A stretch of DNA of 64,000 nt from the human T2T-CHM13v2.0 reference genome, Homo sapiens: the NCBI RefSeq assembly GCF_009914755.1, contig NC_060935.1. One strand, written 5' to 3'. Positions within the stretch are counted from its first letter, which is position 1. Every line of letters begins with the position of its first letter. Positions 13,628 to 25,294 of the stretch are shown piece after piece. A model generated the notes under the pieces. The model searched no databases, was not told where the DNA came from, and was given only the letters and a program-made list of their open reading frames with translations. Position numbers and translations under genes: made by a program.

Positions 13628-14233
13628 TGTTACTGGAACAAAGAATACTTCTTGGATCTCACATGAGAAAGAATTCAAGGCAAAAACCATAGAGTAAAGT
13701 GAAAGCAAGTTTATTAAGAAAGTAAAGGAATAAAGACTGGCTGCTCTGTAGGTAGAGCAGTCCAAAGGGCTTCTGGTTTGCAATTTTAATGGTTATTTTT
13801 TGATTATCTGCTAAACAAGGTGTAGATTATTCATGAGTTTTTCCAGTAAAGGAGTGCGCAATTCCCTGAACTGAGGGCTCCTTCCCTTTTTAGACCATAT
13901 AGGGCAACTTCCTGATATTGCTGTGGCATTTATAAACTGTCATGACTTGGTGGGAGAGTTTTTTTTAGCATGCTAATGAATTAGAATTAACATATAATGA
14001 GCAGTGAGGATGACTAGAAGTCACTTTCTTCGACATCTTGGTTTTGGTCAGATTCTTTACTGCAACCTGTTTTATCAGCAAGGTCTTCTTGACCTGTATC
14101 TTATTCCGACCTCCTATCTCATCCCATGACTTAGAATGCCTAACCTCCTACAAATGCAACTCAGTAGGTCTCAGCCTCATTTTACCCAGCCCCTATTCAA
14201 GATGGAGTCACTCTGGTTCAAATGCCTCTGACA
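13628..14233 (-). mobile_element. MER41B solo LTR (ERV1)
   Basis: Minus strand starts tgtcagaggcatttgaaccagagtgactccatcttgaataggggctgggtaaaatgaggctgagacc; contains the GAS-bearing segment typical of MER41B; 4-bp TSD AGAG. Confidence 0.92.
13841..13870. promoter_or_regulatory. Tandem GAS-like (STAT1) motifs in MER41B
   Basis: TTCCAGTAA (13841-13849, variant) and TTCCCTGAA (13862-13870, canonical TTCN3GAA). Confidence 0.6.
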
Positions 14234-14472
14234 AGAGCATCACAAATTTATTTTTACAATCTACATTTATAAATTACATTAACCTCACAAACAGCTTCTT
14301 TCTAACACTTACTATGTTGATTAACAGGCTGCTCTATTTTACTAATAAAATTTTTCCTCATATTCTAAAGTGTAAATATTAATTGAGATAGAGATAACAG
14401 ACAGCTTGTAGCATCCTTTTTTAAAATATGTATTTTATTATTCTAATACTAGGTGACCACTTCTGAACATTG

Positions 14473-14599
14473 TTTTTTTGTTTTGTTTTGTTTTTTGTTT
14501 TTTTTTAGAGAGGGTCTCACTGTTTTCCAGGCTGATCTTGAACTCCTGGGCTCAAGCAAAACTCCCATCTCAGCTTCCTGAGTAGCTGAGACTACAGGC
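14473..14599 (-). mobile_element. FLAM (Alu monomer)
   Basis: T-rich tail then agggtctcactg...gaactcctgggctcaagc...gtagctgagactacaggc. Confidence 0.85.
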
Positions 14600-16112
14600 T
14601 CTTTGTTCGTTAGTAACAGCTTCATCAAGATACATTCATATTATATACAATTTGCCCATTTAAAATGTATCATGCAGTGGTTTTTAGTATATTCATGACT
14701 TCGTGCCATGATTACCACAATGTATTTTAAAACATTTTCCTAACTTTAAAAAGTAATTCTATACCCATTAGCAGTTACTCCTCATTTCCTTCCACGCTTT
14801 CCTATCATTGTTTAGCTTCAGGCAACCACTTAGCTTCTTTGTGATTCTAATGATTTCCCTGTTTTGGTCATTTCATATGAGTAGAATAATACAACATGTG
14901 CTCTTTTGTGAGTGGCATATTTCACTTATAATAATGTTGTCAAGGTTCATCCATGTTGGAGTACGTATGGATACTCCATTTTTTTATTGCTAAATAATAT
15001 TTTATTGTAGAAATAAGCCACTTTCTATTTATCCATTCATTATTTGATGGACATTTGATGGTCATTTACACTTTTGGCTATTATGGCTATGAATATTTGT
15101 GTACAAGCTTCGTGTGGAAGTAATGTTTTATTTCTTTTGAGTATGTGCCTAGAAGTGGAATTGCTGGGCCACAGGGTATTATATGTTTAACATTTAGAGG
15201 AACTGCATTGCCCAAGTAGATGCACCATTTTACATTCCCACAAGTGGTGTATAAGGGCTCAAATTTCTCTACATCCTCACAACACTCTTTATTTTGTCTT
15301 TGGAATATAGTCATTCAACTGGTCGTGAAGTGATAGGATATGGTGGTTTAGATTTACATTTCCTTGGTAAATAATAATGTTGAACATTTTCCTGTGCTTA
15401 TTGACCATTTTCATGTCTTCTTTTGAGAAATGACTATTCAGATAGCATGCTTATTTTTTCATTTTATTTATTATTATTTAATTCGAAGAATCCTTTATAT
15501 ATTCAAGATAAAAGTTCCTTAACAGAAATGATTTTCAAATATTTTCTCCCAATTAGTGGGTTGTCTTTTTACTTTCTTAATGGTGTTCTTTGAAGAACAA
15601 AAACATTTTAATTATGAGGAAGAATTTATATTTTTGTTGTAATTATTACTTATGTTTTAAAATCGTTCTAAGTAATCATTGCCTAATTCATGTTCAAGAA
15701 AATATATGTGTATGTTTTTTTCTAAGATTTTTGTAGTTTTTGGTCTTATTTTTTGACTTTTGATCTAATTTAAGTTAATTTTATATATGGTGCGGAGTAG
15801 GGATTGGAGTCATTGTTTTACATGTGTATATCTAGACTTGGCACCATTTGTTAAAAGAACAATTCATTCCGACATTGAATTGTCTTGAAACCTTTGCCAA
15901 AAATCATTCGAGCAAAATTTGAGGGTTTATTTATGGACTCTCAGTTGTGTTCCATTGATCTATTTGTCTACTCTTGTGTTAGTATTTTACTTTAGCTTTG
16001 TAGTCAGTTTTGAAATTAGAAAATGTGTTTTCTCCCAAATTTGTTCTTCTATCAAGAATATTTAAGCAATAGTGAGTTCTTGAGAATTTACGATACATTT
16101 TAGGATTATTTT

Positions 16113-16798
16113 TGAAACGACCTCATTGTCTGGCGTAACACCCAAGGTTTTTTGTACCATTGCCAAGGAAAACAAGGATGTGGACACACAAACTATCAGG
16201 CTGACAGCAGAAGTTTAATGTGTGAAAAAAAGAGAATAGCTCTCTGCTGCAGAGAGGGGTCCGAGAAAAATGGGTTGCCAGTCCATGGCAAAATGCAGGG
16301 GATTTTATAGATGAGCTGCTGAGGAGATGGTGTCTTATTTACATAGGGCATAAAAGACTGGTTGGAACAGGTGTGCCATTTGCATAGGGCATGAAAAACT
16401 GGTTAGGAGTAGGTGTCCAGTTTGCATAGGGCATGAATTTCTGGCTGCCTCCATTGTAATCTTTTACAATGTAGGTGGGTTCTCTGCCTGAGCTGTATCA
16501 TGCTGCCCATTCCTTACTGTACACCTGGTAACAAAAAAAGAAAAAGGGATGATGCAGCCTTCATGTTGGACATTCCTGGCCCCCAGGTAGCCCTTTTCTA
16601 TTGGCACACCTGCTGGCATTCCCTTGTGAAAACCTCCAGTTGGCTTATCTATGTTTGCAGCTCGATTTTTCAGGCTGCTTCTTGTTAGAAAAGACATGTT
16701 TTGTGGGGGCTGCTTTTTTTTTTCAGAAGGGAAGCTCTGCTGAGGACTCTGTTGCCCTCACTGTCTGCCTAAATAATTTGTTTCTAGCTCCTGTATTA
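16113..16798 (-). mobile_element. MER50 solo LTR
   Basis: Minus strand starts taatacaggagctagaaacaaattatttaggcagacagtgaggg; TTTT on both flanks; three ~42-bp internal repeats. Confidence 0.85.
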
Positions 16799-17574
16799 TT
16801 TTGTAAATGTAAATTTCTAAATTTCTCCAGCTAGAATTTTGAGACAGATTGTATTTAATCTGCAGACTAATTTGGGATTATTGTTATTTTAACAACATTA
16901 AGACTTCTGATACATTTACCTGGAATTCTTTCCATATTTTTAGGAAAAGAAATCTTTAATTTCTTTTCATAATGTTTTACACATTTTAGTGTACAAGTCT
17001 TGCATTTATTTTTTAAATTTATGTCTCTATATATTATTCTTTTTGCTGCTTTTCAAAATTGAATTTTTTAAAATTTTTTTTATTATTTCTTGGAAGTATA
17101 TAAAAATGCAATTGACTTCTATGTATTGATCTTGGATCCTAACCTTGCTAAACTTGTTTATTAGGTGTAATAGTTGTTAGTGGATTCCTTGGGATTTCAT
17201 ATATAAACCATAATGCAATTAACAAATAAAGATAGTTGTACTTTTCCCTTCCAATTTTGGTCTCCACTCTTTTGTTGTTGTTGTTACCTAGTTTATCTGA
17301 CTGAAAATTCTAATCCAATGTGTAATAAGAGTGGAGAGTATGGCCATCTTCATCTTATCCCTGATCTTTCTGGTAAAAATTCAGTCTTTCACAGATAAGT
17401 ATGATGTCAGCTATCAAATTTTTATACATGCTTTTAGTCAGTTTGATAAAGTTTCTTTTTTCATCTCTACTACTGCTTTTAATACGAAGGGTTCATGAAT
17501 TTTGTCAAATGCTTTGTCTTCCTATACTGGAAATGAGGAAATGATCTTGTGTTTTTTAAAATTCTATTGGTTGC

Positions 17575-18730
17575 TGTATTACTTAGAATTTTCCAGAGAA
17601 ACACAAGCAGCAAGATACTGCTTTATTGTATTTTCTGTAAAGTATTGGCTCACATGATTATAGTGACTGAGAAGTCCCATGATCTACTGTCTGCAAGCTA
17701 GAGATGCAGAAAGGCCAGTAGCGTGGTTCAAAGTCTTGAGAGTCAGAGAACCAATGGTATAGATTTCAGTCCAAGTATGAAAGCCTGAAAACTAGGGGCA
17801 GCAAGGGCAAGAGAAGATCAGTGTTCTAGTTCAAGTTTTTGGGCAGAGTGAGAGAAAACAAATCCTCCCTTCCTCCACCTTTTTGTTCTATTCAGGCTCT
17901 CAATGGATTAGATGATGCCCACCCACAAAGGAGATGCAAATCCACATGTTTAGTCTATCAATTTAAATACTAATATCTCCAAGAAGCACCCTCTCAGACA
18001 TGCTAGTGGTGGCAGAGATTCGAGTTACCCTGAGTTACTGGTGGTGGATCCATACAGGTCTGCAGCAACTTCAGTTTTGCCTCTTCAGAAGAAATGATTA
18101 TACTGAGGGGCATATAGCAGAAAAAGAGACCAAGGCAAGTTCCAAGGCAGGAGACAAAGTTTATTTTAAAAGGCTTTTGAACAGGAAAGAAAGGAAAATT
18201 TGCTTGCAAGAGACCCAAGTGGACAAAAATGGGCATTTAACCTTGATCCTAGGACTTTATAGGCTTGCCCCTTTTCCAGGATTCTTCTTTTCAGGTGTGC
18301 TTCCTGCATGCTAAGTGCTCTCCTTACGCTTTGGAGTTGAGCACATGCAGTGTATTTTAGGAAGTTATATGCATGCCCATCAGAGGTTTTCTTTCCTTTT
18401 CCGGGTTAGTGTGTCCCTAGAATATCTTCACCATTTTGTCTGTTAACACGCATGCTCCCTGGGGCCTACCTTCAATTAACATTTTGGTGTTAACGGATGT
18501 AATCCATCAGGAAATGGCCTCTCCCTGGCTACTGAATTCTCATTTTAAAAGAGGAAATGCAATCATTGCTAAACTGTCACCCAACATTCCTAGTGGGTGG
18601 GGGAGAGCCCTCTTCTACCCCTCTCATTGACTATCTAACTAACTGTAAGAGACACATCCAAAAATAAGGTTTGACCAGATATCCAGGCAATCCATGATTC
18701 AGTGAAGTTGACATAAAACTAACTATCAAA
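17575..18730 (-). mobile_element. MLT2 (ERVL) LTR interrupted by LTR9
   Basis: tgtatt...tccagagaaaca...ttggctcacatgattat...gagaagtcccatgatct and terminal aagttgacataaaactaactatca. Confidence 0.85.
18001..18650 (-). mobile_element. LTR9-family solo LTR
   Basis: LTR9-like ends (acagttagttagatagtc...gagggctctcccccacccactaggaatg on - strand); 4-bp TSD GACA at 17997-18000 and 18651-18654. Confidence 0.8.
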
Positions 18731-18767
18731 ATTGGGTTTTGGATATTAAACCTACCTCGCATTCCTT

Positions 18768-19970
18768 CTCAAGCCAGAAACCTGGGAGTCATCTTGAAAT
18801 TCTTCTTATTGCTCTTAACTATCACATTGTATTTTTACCATACAGTCACTGACATACAGTTTATATCAGTAACATATTTTCTTCATCTCCACAGCTTCTG
18901 CTTGGGCCTAGTAAACTTCCTGTAATTTCCTACTGGGGGAACCAGCCCCCAATATTTCAATGTAGGTCCTTTCTATTTTCCCTAAGTGTCAGCTGGTCTG
19001 AGAAATAAAGAGAAAGAGTACAAAGAGAGAAATTTTACAGCTGGGCCTCCGGGGGTGACATCACATATTGGTAGGACCATGATGGCGACCTCGAGCCGCA
19101 AAACCAGCAAGTTTTTATTAGGGATTTCAAAAGGGGAGGGTGTGTACAAATAGGGAGTAGGTCACAGAGATCACATGCTTCAAAGGGCAATAAAAGATCA
19201 CAAGGCAAAGGGCAGAGCAAGATCACAAGGCAAGGGTGAAATTAGAATTACTGATAAGGGTCCATGTCCCGCTGGGCACACATTGTCTTGATAAACATCT
19301 TAACAGGAAACAGGGTTCAAGAGCTGACAACCGATCTGACTAGAATTTACCAGGCTGGAATTTCCAAATCCTAGTAAGGCAGAGGGTACTGCAGGAGATC
19401 AGGGCATATTTCAGTCCTTTACTCAACCGCCTAAGACAGACACTCCCAGAGTGACCGTCTATAGACCTACCCCTGGGAATGCATTCCTTTCCCAGGGTAT
19501 TAATATTCCTTGCTGGGAATTTCGTATTGTTCAAACACCCATGTTTTACAATCAGATTTCATATTGTTCAAACACACATGCTTTACAAACAATTTGTACA
19601 GTTAACGCAATCATCACAGGGTCCTGAGGCGACATACGTCCTCAGCTTATGAAGATGACAGGATTAAGAGATTAAAGTAAGACAGGTGTAAGAAATTATA
19701 AAAGTATTAATTTTGGGAACTAATAAACATCCATGAAATCTTCACAATTTATGTTTTTCTGCCGAGGCTTCAGCCGGTCCCTCCGCTTGGAGTCCCTGAC
19801 TTCCTGCAACAATTTCGTACCTGAATTACTATGAAAGCCTATTAAGTCGTCTTTTTATTGTTGTTTCATTCCAATATATTTTCCACAATGATATTCAAGT
19901 AATCATTTTGAATCACAAATGAGGTCATGTTACTCTCATACTTGAAATATCCCAGTGACTTTCCATTTTG
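18768..19970 (+). mobile_element. L2 relic split by MER11
   Basis: ctcaagccagaaacctgggagtcatcttga ... atcacaaatgaggtcatgttactctcatacttgaaa L2-like motifs. Confidence 0.6.
18931..19811 (-). mobile_element. MER11 (HERV-K11/HML-8) solo LTR with probable internal deletion near 19519
   Basis: Minus strand starts tgttgcaggaagtcagggactccaagcggagggaccggctgaagcc; 6-bp TSD atttcc/atttcg; 881 bp versus about 1.1 kb typical. Confidence 0.92.
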
Positions 19971-20117
19971 TTACTGTTGAGGTTGTTGTGCAGGTTTTTG
20001 TTTTGTTTTTACTAAAAAAAAAAAAAAATGACCTCCTTAGAAAATCTTTAATCAGTTTTGCCACACATTTGACTCTCTAACCCCCAAATTTTGTGATTAA
20101 TTCACATTTGTTTGAAA

Positions 20118-20564
20118 TGTTGATAAGCTATAATGCCCTACCTCCAACTACAATAGTCAAATTGGAGCTATTTTCTTTCTGCCATACCTGGTTACTAGGG
20201 CTCATTCATGAGAAGTAGATTCTATTTAATGAACTGTCACACCTGAGATTACATTTGAAACAAGTGACAGGGAGATAAATGATTGATTTGGGTGCTCTGG
20301 GACAGTGCTAGCACTATGTAGAAGTAGTAGTGTTTTCTACTTTTCCTGGAATAGTAAAAACAGCATACTGAAGAGAACTTTTCTGCTAAAAAGTAAAAGG
20401 TTATTGTTCCTTCATTTTAACAAAAAATAACAGCCTTGTTTTTGGACTATTTTCAAAGTCTGATTCTTCAATTGCTCCTTGATTCTGTGAACATTTAATT
20501 TTCCTCTAATAATCAGATAGCAACATGTATTCTGTTGTTTGTAACCCAGAATACAGGCAGATAC
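20118..20564 (+). mobile_element. Very degraded ERVL-type LTR (LTR33-like)
   Basis: Weak similarity, 3' end tctgttgtttgtaacccagaatacaggcagataca. Confidence 0.4.
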
Positions 20565-21558
20565 ATGGATCCATTTCAATATCTAGCTGCTACATATCTT
20601 ATTAAGATTGTTTTTACACTCTCCTTTCTACTGCATGCATATATCTCAGCTACAGTGAGATACGTGAGATACGTTGTATTTATTATTTATTATCATTTCT
20701 TCTCATCCCTCCACGTCTTTACATTTTCTGTGAAACTATGGATTTATATATTCCACTACTTGCCCTGATAATGTTTATTGACCTTTGGCTCCCATCTCAC
20801 TCAGTTATCTCTCATCCAACATATACTTGCTGAGCCCCAACAGTTGCTTGCATCTAAACAAACAATTTCTTGTTTCCTGGAGTCATATAATCTGAATGTG
20901 AAACAAATAATGAAACCGTCAGATTACCAGAGCACTATTAATATTACAGATTATGAATGAAAGAAAAGGATGATGAAGTGAGAAGAAAGGGCAAAATAAA
21001 ATAATATAGGATAGTCTTTAGGGTATTGGTTCCAGATTCAGGTTCCTACCCACAAAGTCTGTGTTAGGTCCCCTTCTCTCTTCTATCTTATCAGCATTCT
21101 GAGCAGCCTCTATCATAGAACTTAAAAAAAATGTAAGCCAAGCTGTCTGGTTTTTTTTTTTTTAATCTTTCTTTCTCACCAAACTATTTATTTATTTGGA
21201 ACAAGGACTGATTATTATTTACCTTTATTTTGTCAAATAAAAATGTTCTTATATGAGCTATTATAGAAGTATATATTAGGGCATATCCACATTTCACATT
21301 TATTACATCTTCCTTCTTTTTTCCTTCTGTCTTTTTGCAGATCGAGATTCAGAGAAATGCAAAGCCTAAGCAGTTTTTGCATTTCTCCACCAATATTATC
21401 AGCTTTTCTTTCTACATATTATGGGGTGATTTTATGTGTTGGAAAATGTCCTCAGGTCAATCTTTATGTAAATGCATGTAAGCTTTGGGAATAGATAACC
21501 TCAGGCTCCTCTGGCCAGAGTTGGCTTCATGGGATTATGACCTGAAGATTTGCACAAA

Positions 21559-22362
21559 TTATATGAACAGAAGGCAGGGAAATATTGGGTAGAGGAGGGT
21601 GGTTCCCCAGCAAAGGCCCTGCTCACAAGCCTGAGCCTGTGGCCCTAAATGAGAACTTCTCGTCCCTATTTTCCTGGATGAATGTTGCTTTTCCAAAACC
21701 ATCCTGGCCCACCACGCCCATCTTGTACCCATAAAATCCCCAGACTCCATTGGCAGAGGAGCAAAGCAGCACAGCAGAGAAGGAGAGAAGAGAAGAAGCA
21801 TCTGAATGTCAAAGAGGCAGCTGAATGGTTGGGGAGGAGTTTGGATGGGGATGGCCAAACTTTAGGGGAAGATTATCTTCCACTCCATCCCCTTTCCGGT
21901 TTCCCCTTCCTCTGAGAGCCACCTCCATCATTCAATTAAATCTCCGCTTTCACCATCCGTGAAAAGGAGAGTGTAAAAACAATCTTAATAAGATGTGTAG
22001 CAGCTAGGTATTGAAATGGATCCATGTATCTGCCTTCAAGTGCATGTGACTTGTTTCTTCCTGGACACCAGACAAGGACCTGGGTACCAAGAGGGCAGGG
22101 TGTAAAAGGCTGTCACCCTGACTCTCCACTGAGCTGATGAACACTTAGCTGTCAGTGGATGGTAACTGCTAAAAGAACATTAATTGTAACACACCCCTAG
22201 ACGCTGTCCTAGGGCCAGAGCCCAAAAGTGTTCACCTGGCCCCAGCACCTACTCACCTGCATGCTCCCCCTCCCACAAGGGGTTTGAGCATGGCAGCCGA
22301 GTAAGCGAGCCACACACCTGTCACTAGTCTCGCCAAGGGTTCCAGGGAACTTTCTTTTCTCA
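21559..22362 (+). mobile_element. LTR1-family solo LTR carrying a 76-bp foreign insert
   Basis: Starts ttatatgaacagaaggcagggaaatattgggtagaggagggtggttcccc; TSD caaa/caag. Confidence 0.87.
21959..22034 (-). repeat. 76-bp inverted copy of 20556-20631
   Basis: Reverse complement of ggcagatacatggatcc...ctcctttctac, 72/76 identical by eye. Confidence 0.95.
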
Positions 22363-23619
22363 CAAGTCCTGCCCTTATGCAGGTCCCATACTTAGTTTAA
22401 TACTCTGATATTATTATCTTGAAATTCTTAATTTTTGACCGGAGGGCCACATTATTATGTTACACTGTGGTCCCCAAATTATATAACCAGTACTCGTTGG
22501 TTTACATGGTTTGCAACCATACATTTCTTTCTCTTGCATTCTGTCTTAAATGATTCTGCATTTTGCCCCATCACATAATAGAATGATGTGAAATTTAGTG
22601 TTTCAGTCTGCTCATTCTAACTTCCCAGTTCCTTGTAACATTTGGTCACACTGTTCATTTTTATTTTGAGTCCCAACAGTATCCATGGAAGACCCTCTTA
22701 AATTCCTTACATTTTTCAATCTGAAATCTGAAGTGATTTTTCTGTATAAGGTCTCTAAATTTTTCAGTGTGGTGCATAACACACATATTACTCTATATTT
22801 ACCTCTTTAACAAAATACAATGATTTTTGCATTTTTATATTATTATGTGCAAGTATCATCACCATTAATTTGAATAGAAAGTTTTTGCAGATAGGAATTC
22901 TGTCATACTTAATTTTTATATTCCCCAAAGTAGCTGTCCTAGAGCTTTGCATAATACAAAATAAAATGTTAATAAATACCTCAATAAAAATTTGTGACAT
23001 GGTTGAATGAAAAAATAACCAGTCATAAAATAACACTGTGGGCTGTAAAATACACATTGAACTTGATAATTTTATAGTACACAAAAAAGGTAGTTGTTAA
23101 AGAACATTTCAATGATAATTCCTTATGATAACTAAAAGTATTTACCAAAATACCGGTATTTCCTTAAACATGTTGGCCAATAAAGGTATTTCCCTCATTT
23201 TATGTAAAAATCTGCTGTAATAATGCATAGAAACATATCTAAGTCTTTATATCTACCTTTTCCCAAACCTATGCTTTAAGTTGCATCACAATTTTATACT
23301 TAACCATTTTGAAGGAAAATTTTCTTCATTTTTTTTATGAAAATAAAATTTAGTGAGTGCCTATTATGTTCCAGAAGTACAAAGAAGTATCTAATTGATA
23401 ATTAAGGATGTCATAGACTAAGATCTGTGACATAAATTTAAAAGAAACAAGGGTTAAAAGGACTGAATTATATGGAGAAAATGCATCACTACACACTTAA
23501 TATCACAAAGAAGGACACAATCGGTTTTGAAAAGAGGAAATGGTGAAGATATTCTAAAGGAGTTTATGGATGAGTCCTGAAAGATCAAGTAATTCTATAC
23601 TGAGTGTTTACTCTTCCCT

Positions 23620-23832
23620 TTGTGTTTTGCCAAGGACTTTCTATGTTGTATCTCATCAGAATCTTTCAACAACACAGAAAGTAAGTTTATTACTACTCTT
23701 TGGATTTTAGTTGTAGAAATGGAATCTTATACAGTTTAAATAACCTGCCCAATATCATTTAACTGGTTGGTGGCAAAACTAATATCCAACTAAGTTGGAC
23801 TGTCTCTGAAGTCCAAACTGTTAAACATTACA
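23620..23832 (-). mobile_element. MIR
   Basis: atctcatcagaatctttcaacaac...gtttaaataacctgcccaatatca MIR core. Confidence 0.65.
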
Positions 23833-23994
23833 TGAAGTCCTGCCTCACTGCCTTCCAAGGGGAGATATTTTTGTTAGGTTTATTTTTGTTTTGCTTTATT
23901 GCTTTTTTTTTCTCTCAGATGAAAAGGGAGCAGAATATTCCAGACAGTAAAAAAAAAAAAGTATGAAAACACACTCAAAGGGGTATGAAAATAA

Positions 23995-24369
<375 letters not shown>

Positions 24370-24582
24370 TTTCAGCTTATTTTTATGACAATTTAGCATA
24401 CATAAAATTTGATATTAGCAAGTAGTAACAACTTAATAAGATAACAAAATTATTATGTAATAAAAATAATAGAAGCTTTTAGTTAATATGTAAGCCCTCG
24501 CAATAGGTGGGTTGCTGAAATTTTTAGATATATTAATTTATTTAATCCTCACAAACGTGTATGGAATAAGGTATGTTAACTA

Positions 24583-24854
<272 letters not shown>

Positions 24855-24980
24855 ATTAGCTTGAGGAGAAAATATTTCTTTAAAAAAATAACATTGCAAG
24901 CTTGACACAATATTACATATTAAAACTTTTAAAATTCCTGTTAGGGGAACACATTTGAGCATGGTACCCGTTATAGAAAT

Positions 24981-24986
<6 letters not shown>

Positions 24987-25018
<32 letters not shown>

Positions 25019-25294
25019 GGGAGTCTGGCTCTGTCGCCCAGGCTGGAATGCAGTGGCGGGATCTCGGCTCACCACAAGCTCCGCTTCCCGGGTTCAGGCC
25101 ATTCTTTGCCTCATCCTCCTGAGTAGCTGGGACTACAGGCAGCCGCCACCGCGGTGGCTAATTTTTTGTATTTTTAGTAGAGACGGGGTTTCACCTTGTT
25201 AGCCAGGACGGTCTCGATCTCCTGACCTCGTGATCCACCCGCCTTGGCCTCTCAAAGTGCTGGGATTTACAGGCGTGAGCCACCGCGCCCGGCC
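24987..25294 (-). mobile_element. AluY-type element
   Basis: caagctccgc...gccattct and gttagccagga diagnostics, long pure T tail, TSD aatccagac. Confidence 0.93.

Larger units (their letters stand above)
14610..18765 (-). mobile_element. Old LINE-1 (L1MB-like) 3' portion, split by MER50 and MLT2/LTR9
   Basis: L1MB-type 3'UTR at 14610-15400, then antisense ORF2-like sequence that resumes after each nested insertion. Confidence 0.82.
21517..22494 (+). mobile_element. MER91A-like DNA element split by LTR1
   Basis: ggcttcatggg...gacctg before the LTR and gtttaatactctg...tcttgaaattcttaatttttga...ccccaaattatataaccag after it. Confidence 0.65.

Noticed and set aside
19519-19592. 37-bp tandem duplication in MER11
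   Set aside because: Recalled as a feature of MER11 subfamily consensus, so probably not locus-specific
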